Source: an uncultured Eubacteriales bacterium
GTDB lineage: Bacteria; Bacillota; Sulfobacillia; UBA995; UBA9673
Direction of reading: 5' to 3'
Length of the DNA: 58,726 nt
NCBI GenBank assembly: GCA_913063835.1
Contig: CAJXZV010000002.1
Span: forward strand, 1-58,726
A model generated the notes under the pieces. That model was not told where the DNA came from. It ran no database searches and saw nothing but the letters and a program-made list of their open reading frames with translations. Shown in pieces: positions 55,050-58,726 of this stretch; position 1 is the first letter of the stretch; the number at the start of each line of letters is the position of its first letter. The position numbers and the translations under genes are program-made.

Positions 55050-55093
55050 GCGGATACGGCCGTTCTTGTGGGTGTCCTGTCAGCCGCATCCGC
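55050..55093 (-). promoter_or_regulatory. 5'-UTR stem-loop (11-bp stem including one G-U, 22-nt loop) 40-83 nt upstream of the S-layer paralogue 2 start
   Basis: Arms gcggatacggc (55050-55060) and gccgcatccgc (55083-55093). They lie in a 233-bp non-coding leader. Confidence 0.3.
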
Positions 55094-55243
55094 ACCGCGC
55101 TATTTCCGTCAACAATGGCTAAACACCTGCCACCAATAATGGAGAAGATGTGTGCGGCTTACGCAAGCAGGTAACTAGCCGGATGGGCAAGCGCAAGACG
55201 CGCCCTTTGGCGCATCCTGGCAGGTAGGAGCGGGTGGCCCCCG

Positions 55244-56740
55244 TCAGGGCGTCGGGTAGACCTTCCGGGCCTCCTGGTCCCTCAGGTCCTCGAGCAGGGA
55301 CTGGTCCACCCTCGTGCGGGCCGCCAGCCTCTCCTCGAGGAACTTCCTGGCCACCTGCGGCAGGAGGGCGTAGGAGAGGACGTCCTCGACGCTCTCGGCG
55401 AGGGGAGAGACCTCCTTCTCGGCCTCCTCGAGCCCGGGGGGGAGAAGGTCGGCCGGACGCACCGTCACGGGTTCCTCGTCCCCGATGACCTTGCGGCGGA
55501 CCTCCTCGTCGACGGGGCCGGGTGGGCGGCCGTAAAGGCCCTTCATGTAGGCCTTGGTCTCCTTGGTCACGAGCTTGAAGCGCTCGCCGCCCAGCACGTT
55601 CAGCACGGCCTGGGTGCCGACGATCTGGCTCGACGGCGTCACCAGCGGCGGGTAGCCCATCTCCTTCCGGAGGCGGGGCAGCTCGGCCAGGACGTCGGGG
55701 AGGCGGTCGAGGGCGTTCTGCTCCTCGAGCTGGGAGACGAAGTTCGAGTACATCCCGCCGGGTATCTGGTAGCGGATGACGTTGACGTCGACCGTGGTCC
55801 CGACGTCGAAGTCCCGGTACTTCTTCCTGACCTCCTTGAAGTAGGCGGCGATGCGGGCCAGGAGGTCGAGGTCCAGACCCGTGTCGCGCGGGGTGCCGGC
55901 CAGGGCGGCGACGATGCTCTCTGTCGGCGGCTGGGAGGTGCCCATGGCCATGGTCGAGATGGCCGTGTCCACCGCGTCGACCCCCGCCTCGGCCGCCTTG
56001 AGGTAGGCCATGGCCGCCATCCCGGAGGTGTGGTGGCAGTGGAGCTGGACCGGCAGGCCGACCTCCTCCTTTATGCGCCGGACGACGGCCTCCGCGTCGT
56101 AGGGGGCGATGATGCCGGCCATGTCCTTGAGGCAGATGGAGTCCACGCCCAGCTCGGCGAGTTCCCTCGCCGTGGCCGCGAAGGAGTCGACCCCGTGGAT
56201 GGGGCTGATGGTGTAGCAGACCGTCCCCTGCACATGGGCCCCTTCCGCCTTGGCCACCTCGATGGCCTTCTCCATGTTCCGGACGTCGTTCAGGGCGTCG
56301 AAGATGCGCATGACGTCGATGCCGTTGCCCACGGCCCGCCGCACGAACTCCGCCACCACGTCGTCCGGATAGTGGCGGTAGCCGACGAGGTTCTGGCCCC
56401 GGAGGAGCATCTGGAGCCTCGACTTCTTGAAGCGCCGGCGGAGCTCCCTCAGGCGCTCCCAGGGGTCCTCGCCCAAGAAGCGCAGACAGGCGTCGAACGT
56501 CGCCCCGCCCCACACCTCGAGGGAGTGGAACCCCACCTCGTCGAGCATCTCCACGGCCGGGAGCATGTCCTCGAGGCGCAGTCTCGTGGCCAGGAGCGAC
56601 TGGTGGGCGTCGCGGAGGGTGGTGTCGGTGAGGCGCAGGGGGGCCGGCTCCGGCCGGGCGCTTCGGTCCCCGGCGCGTCCGGGGCTCCCGCCCTTCGGCT
56701 TCTCGCGCGTGTCAGGCATGTCAGACATGAAGGCGTTCAT
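55244..56740 (-). CDS. Carboxyltransferase subunit without a biotinyl domain (transcarboxylase 5S / oxaloacetate decarboxylase alpha / PycB-like)
   Basis: ..LTDTTLRDAHQSL..., ..LEVWGGATFD.., ..MLLRGQNLVGY.., ..LHCHHTSGMA... It ends without an AMKM biotin motif. ATG 56740 follows GAGGAG. Confidence 0.85.
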   Translation of the reverse strand: MNAFMSDMPDTREKPKGGSPGRAGDRSARPEPAPLRLTDTTLRDAHQSLLATRLRLEDMLPAVEMLDEVGFHSLEVWGGATFDACLRFLGEDPWERLRELRRRFKKSRLQMLLRGQNLVGYRHYPDDVVAEFVRRAVGNGIDVMRIFDALNDVRNMEKAIEVAKAEGAHVQGTVCYTISPIHGVDSFAATARELAELGVDSICLKDMAGIIAPYDAEAVVRRIKEEVGLPVQLHCHHTSGMAAMAYLKAAEAGVDAVDTAISTMAMGTSQPPTESIVAALAGTPRDTGLDLDLLARIAAYFKEVRKKYRDFDVGTTVDVNVIRYQIPGGMYSNFVSQLEEQNALDRLPDVLAELPRLRKEMGYPPLVTPSSQIVGTQAVLNVLGGERFKLVTKETKAYMKGLYGRPPGPVDEEVRRKVIGDEEPVTVRPADLLPPGLEEAEKEVSPLAESVEDVLSYALLPQVARKFLEERLAARTRVDQSLLEDLRDQEARKVYPTP

Positions 56741-56750
56741 CGCTCTCTCC

Positions 56751-57476
56751 TCAGTACCCCGGCAGGCCCCGTGGCGCAAAGGGGGCGAGTAGGCCCGCCA
56801 TCGTGGTGAACACGATCACGAAGAAGACCACGGCGGCCAGGACCACCGCCGCGAGCGGCAGCAGGGCCGCGGCCACGGCCCGTCCGGTCCCGAAGCCGTG
56901 GACCTCGCGGATGGCGATGATGTCCAGGACAAGCCGCCAGACGAGCACGCCTATCGTGGCGAAGGCCGAGAGCGCCCCCAAGGCCGGGCCCGCCGACGCG
57001 AGCAGGCTGAAGGGCACGGTCACGACGGACGGCACGTAGGTCAGGCTGAGGGCCGCCAGCAGGCGCCGGGGCTCGCCCGTGCCGCCCAGGAGCGAGCTCA
57101 CCAGCCCGAGAACGCCCGTCTTGATGAAGAGCCCGATGGGCCCGATGAGGACGGCCGCCAGGGCCGAGGCGACGGCCACGCCCAGCCCGGCCCCTGCGAC
57201 CGGCGGCATGCCAGCGGTCTGCCCTAACTCCCTCATGGTCTGGACCCAGACGCCGCCGCCGGCCAGCCCACCGGTGAAGGCCACGGCGAGGTAGGCCGTG
57301 AAGGTCGCCGGAAGGGGGCTCCTCGGCCGTGACGCCACCTCCTTGAGGGTCTTCACCGGACTGAAGAAGATGCCGTAGACGAGTTCGGCGAAATCGGCGA
57401 AGAGCGACCGTCGTTCGGGCTCCGGCCCGCCTCTGCTTGGCTCACGCATATGCACCAATGTCTTCCTCCGTTCCAC
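56751..57476 (-). CDS. Yip1-domain integral membrane protein
   Basis: Cytoplasmic N-terminus ..FAELVYGIFFSPVKTLKEV.. followed by five TM helices. The start is uncertain (GTG 57476, TTG 57458 or ATG 57449). Confidence 0.6.
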   Translation of the reverse strand: MERRKTLVHMREPSRGGPEPERRSLFADFAELVYGIFFSPVKTLKEVASRPRSPLPATFTAYLAVAFTGGLAGGGVWVQTMRELGQTAGMPPVAGAGLGVAVASALAAVLIGPIGLFIKTGVLGLVSSLLGGTGEPRRLLAALSLTYVPSVVTVPFSLLASAGPALGALSAFATIGVLVWRLVLDIIAIREVHGFGTGRAVAAALLPLAAVVLAAVVFFVIVFTTMAGLLAPFAPRGLPGY

Positions 57477-57559
57477 CCCGCCGCTTCACCCTGCGGACCG
57501 GGACGGCCGCCGCGCCGCGTCCGTACGCCGGGTGGTCGCCCCTCGTCAGGGCCAGGCCG

Positions 57560-58555
57560 TCAGGGCCCGCCGGCCTCGCCGCCCAGGTGCTCCAGGAAGT
57601 CGGCCGGCCGGATGAGGAAAAGCTCGGGCTCCGGCCCCACCAGGGCGCCGCCGCGCAGGCCGGTCCCGCCGAACCCGACGCCCAGGGCCCGGAGAAGGGA
57701 GCCGAACTCGCTCAGGAGGATCTCCCACGGGCTCCTCCTGCCCAGCTCCTTCACCCGGTACCAGCCCTCTATCCCGGCCAGGTCGGCCGCCGTGTCGACG
57801 GCCGCCCGGAGCCCGCCGAGGCTGTCGACGAGCCCCGCGTCGAGGGCCTGGCTCCCGGTGAAGACCCTCCCGTCGGCGAGGGGCAGGAGCTCCTCCCGGC
57901 TGAGGCCGCGGCCGGCGGCCACCGCCTCGACGAACTGGTTGAAGATGTCCTCGACCATCGACAGCAGGATGCGGCGTTCCTCTTCGGTCAGGCGCCTGAG
58001 AGGGGAGCCCATGTCCTTGTGCTCGCCGGAGACGAGGACCTCGTAGTCTATGCCCAGCTTCTCGAAGAGGCCCTCATAGTTGGCCACCTCCATGATGACC
58101 CCGATGCTCCCGGTCAGCGTGCCGGGGTTGGCCACGATGTGGTCGGTGACCGAGGCCACCCAGTAGGCCCCTGACGCGGCCACGTCCCCCATGGAGGTGA
58201 CGACGACCTTCCCCGCCTCGCGGACGGCGGCTATCTCCGCGGCGATCTCCTGCGCGCCGGCGGCGGAGCCTCCGGGGCTGTTGACCCTCAGGACCACCGC
58301 CCTCACCGACGGGTCCTTCCGGGCCTCGGACAGGAGCGAGACGATGGAGTCGGAGCCGGCGACGCTCTCGAAGAGAGTCGCGCCCCCCAGACCGGTGGCG
58401 ATGATGCCCTCTATCCGGATGACGGCGACGGTGGGAGCCGCCCCCAGGGACACGCCCCGCCCCGTGAGGGCGCCCCGCGGAGCCAGGACGCTGAACAGGG
58501 AGAGCAGGAGGACGCCCCCGATGATGAGGACCGCTACGAGGTGCCTTCTCTTCAA
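57560..58555 (-). CDS. sppA: Signal peptide peptidase SppA (36K type, S49)
   Basis: N-terminal TM helix. ..AVVLRVNSPGGSAAGAQEI.., ..VTSMGDVAASGAYWVA.. (Ser nucleophile) and ..TGSIGV... TTG start. Confidence 0.9.
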   Translation of the reverse strand: MKRRHLVAVLIIGGVLLLSLFSVLAPRGALTGRGVSLGAAPTVAVIRIEGIIATGLGGATLFESVAGSDSIVSLLSEARKDPSVRAVVLRVNSPGGSAAGAQEIAAEIAAVREAGKVVVTSMGDVAASGAYWVASVTDHIVANPGTLTGSIGVIMEVANYEGLFEKLGIDYEVLVSGEHKDMGSPLRRLTEEERRILLSMVEDIFNQFVEAVAAGRGLSREELLPLADGRVFTGSQALDAGLVDSLGGLRAAVDTAADLAGIEGWYRVKELGRRSPWEILLSEFGSLLRALGVGFGGTGLRGGALVGPEPELFLIRPADFLEHLGGEAGGP

Positions 58556-58579
58556 TTCGTCACCCCTCTCGGCCGCCCC

Positions 58580-58726
58580 TCAGCCCTTGCCGAGGACGAC
58601 GCCCGCACGGGCGTCGCGCACGCCGGCGTCCGGGGCGTGGACGGAAGCGCGGACGGGGGCGCCGACCGGGGCGCGCCCATCTCCTTGCGCCGCCGCAAAG
58701 GCCGTCTCCTGCCCGTCAGGCCCTTG
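58580..58726 (-). CDS. C-terminal fragment of an unidentified protein (gene continues beyond the right edge)
   Basis: Open frame ending ..VRDARAGVVLGKG-TGA (stop 58580-58582) with strong GC3 bias. No recognisable motif. Confidence 0.3.
   Translation of the reverse strand, partial: QGPDGQETAFAAAQGDGRAPVGAPVRASVHAPDAGVRDARAGVVLGKG

Noticed and set aside
50731-55122. Shared heptamer TTAGCCA (TGGCTAA) 105-150 nt upstream of all three SLH/S-layer genes. It includes a perfect TTAGCC-AAGC-GGCTAA palindrome at 50731-50746.
   Set aside because: A rough estimate suggests that some 7-mer shared by three leaders of about 200 nt on either strand is not improbable by chance. The spacing to any -10-like element is inconsistent. 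The palindrome also overlaps the stop codon of the middle SLH gene and may simply be a weak terminator.
1-58726. tRNA, rRNA or other housekeeping RNA genes in the intergenic gaps (2651-2903, 13603-13908, 29390-29663, 30960-31302, 48442-48681, 55011-55243).
   Set aside because: No cloverleaf-compatible segment of 70-90 nt with GTTCRANNC-type T-loops was seen. No rRNA-like conserved strings were seen by eye either. This needs tRNAscan-SE/Infernal for certainty.

Overview
This is a 58.7-kb window of about 70% GC. All genes lie on the minus strand except three (31303..32742, 36758..37909, 39525..40649). The backbone shows Bacillus/Clostridia-like housekeeping synteny: murA-mnaA-tagO, dCMP deaminase, rpiB, a prmC/sua5/ywlE-type block, prfA, a DUF1385 gene, rpmE, rho, tal, ahcY and sppA. 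High GC combined with SLH proteins suggests a high-GC Firmicute-like lineage of the Limnochordia/Symbiobacterium/Thermaerobacter type; this is inference only.

Several cell-envelope accessory modules interrupt the backbone:
- An amino-acid ABC transporter at 8.7-11.9 kb.
- A tightly packed co-directional gene string at 16.0-28.8 kb. It encodes a beta-propeller protein, a Hanks Ser/Thr kinase with an Ig/CBM-like ectodomain and a 1528-aa SLH-anchored subtilase. These are followed by an orphan receiver domain, a carbon-nitrogen hydrolase paralogue lacking the catalytic triad, an intact CN hydrolase and a GH125-like protein. I consider this the best candidate for an undescribed system.
- A surface-glycan locus at 35.5-46.8 kb. 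It carries an epimerase, a GT4, a low-GC pyruvyl transferase, ManC, two Wzy_C/O-antigen-ligase-like proteins (one with TPR repeats) and a priming phosphoglycosyl transferase. An AT-rich HepT/MNT toxin-antitoxin cassette splits this locus.
- An S-layer locus at 48.7-55.0 kb with two full-length paralogous SLH proteins flanking a third SLH protein.

A 926-codon ORF fuses PrmC, Sua5/TsaC and an LMW phosphatase. I saw no rRNA, tRNA or CRISPR array. Many long ORFs in the track, mostly on the plus strand, are antisense shadows typical of high-GC DNA and were not called. All family assignments come from motif recognition by eye, not database searches.
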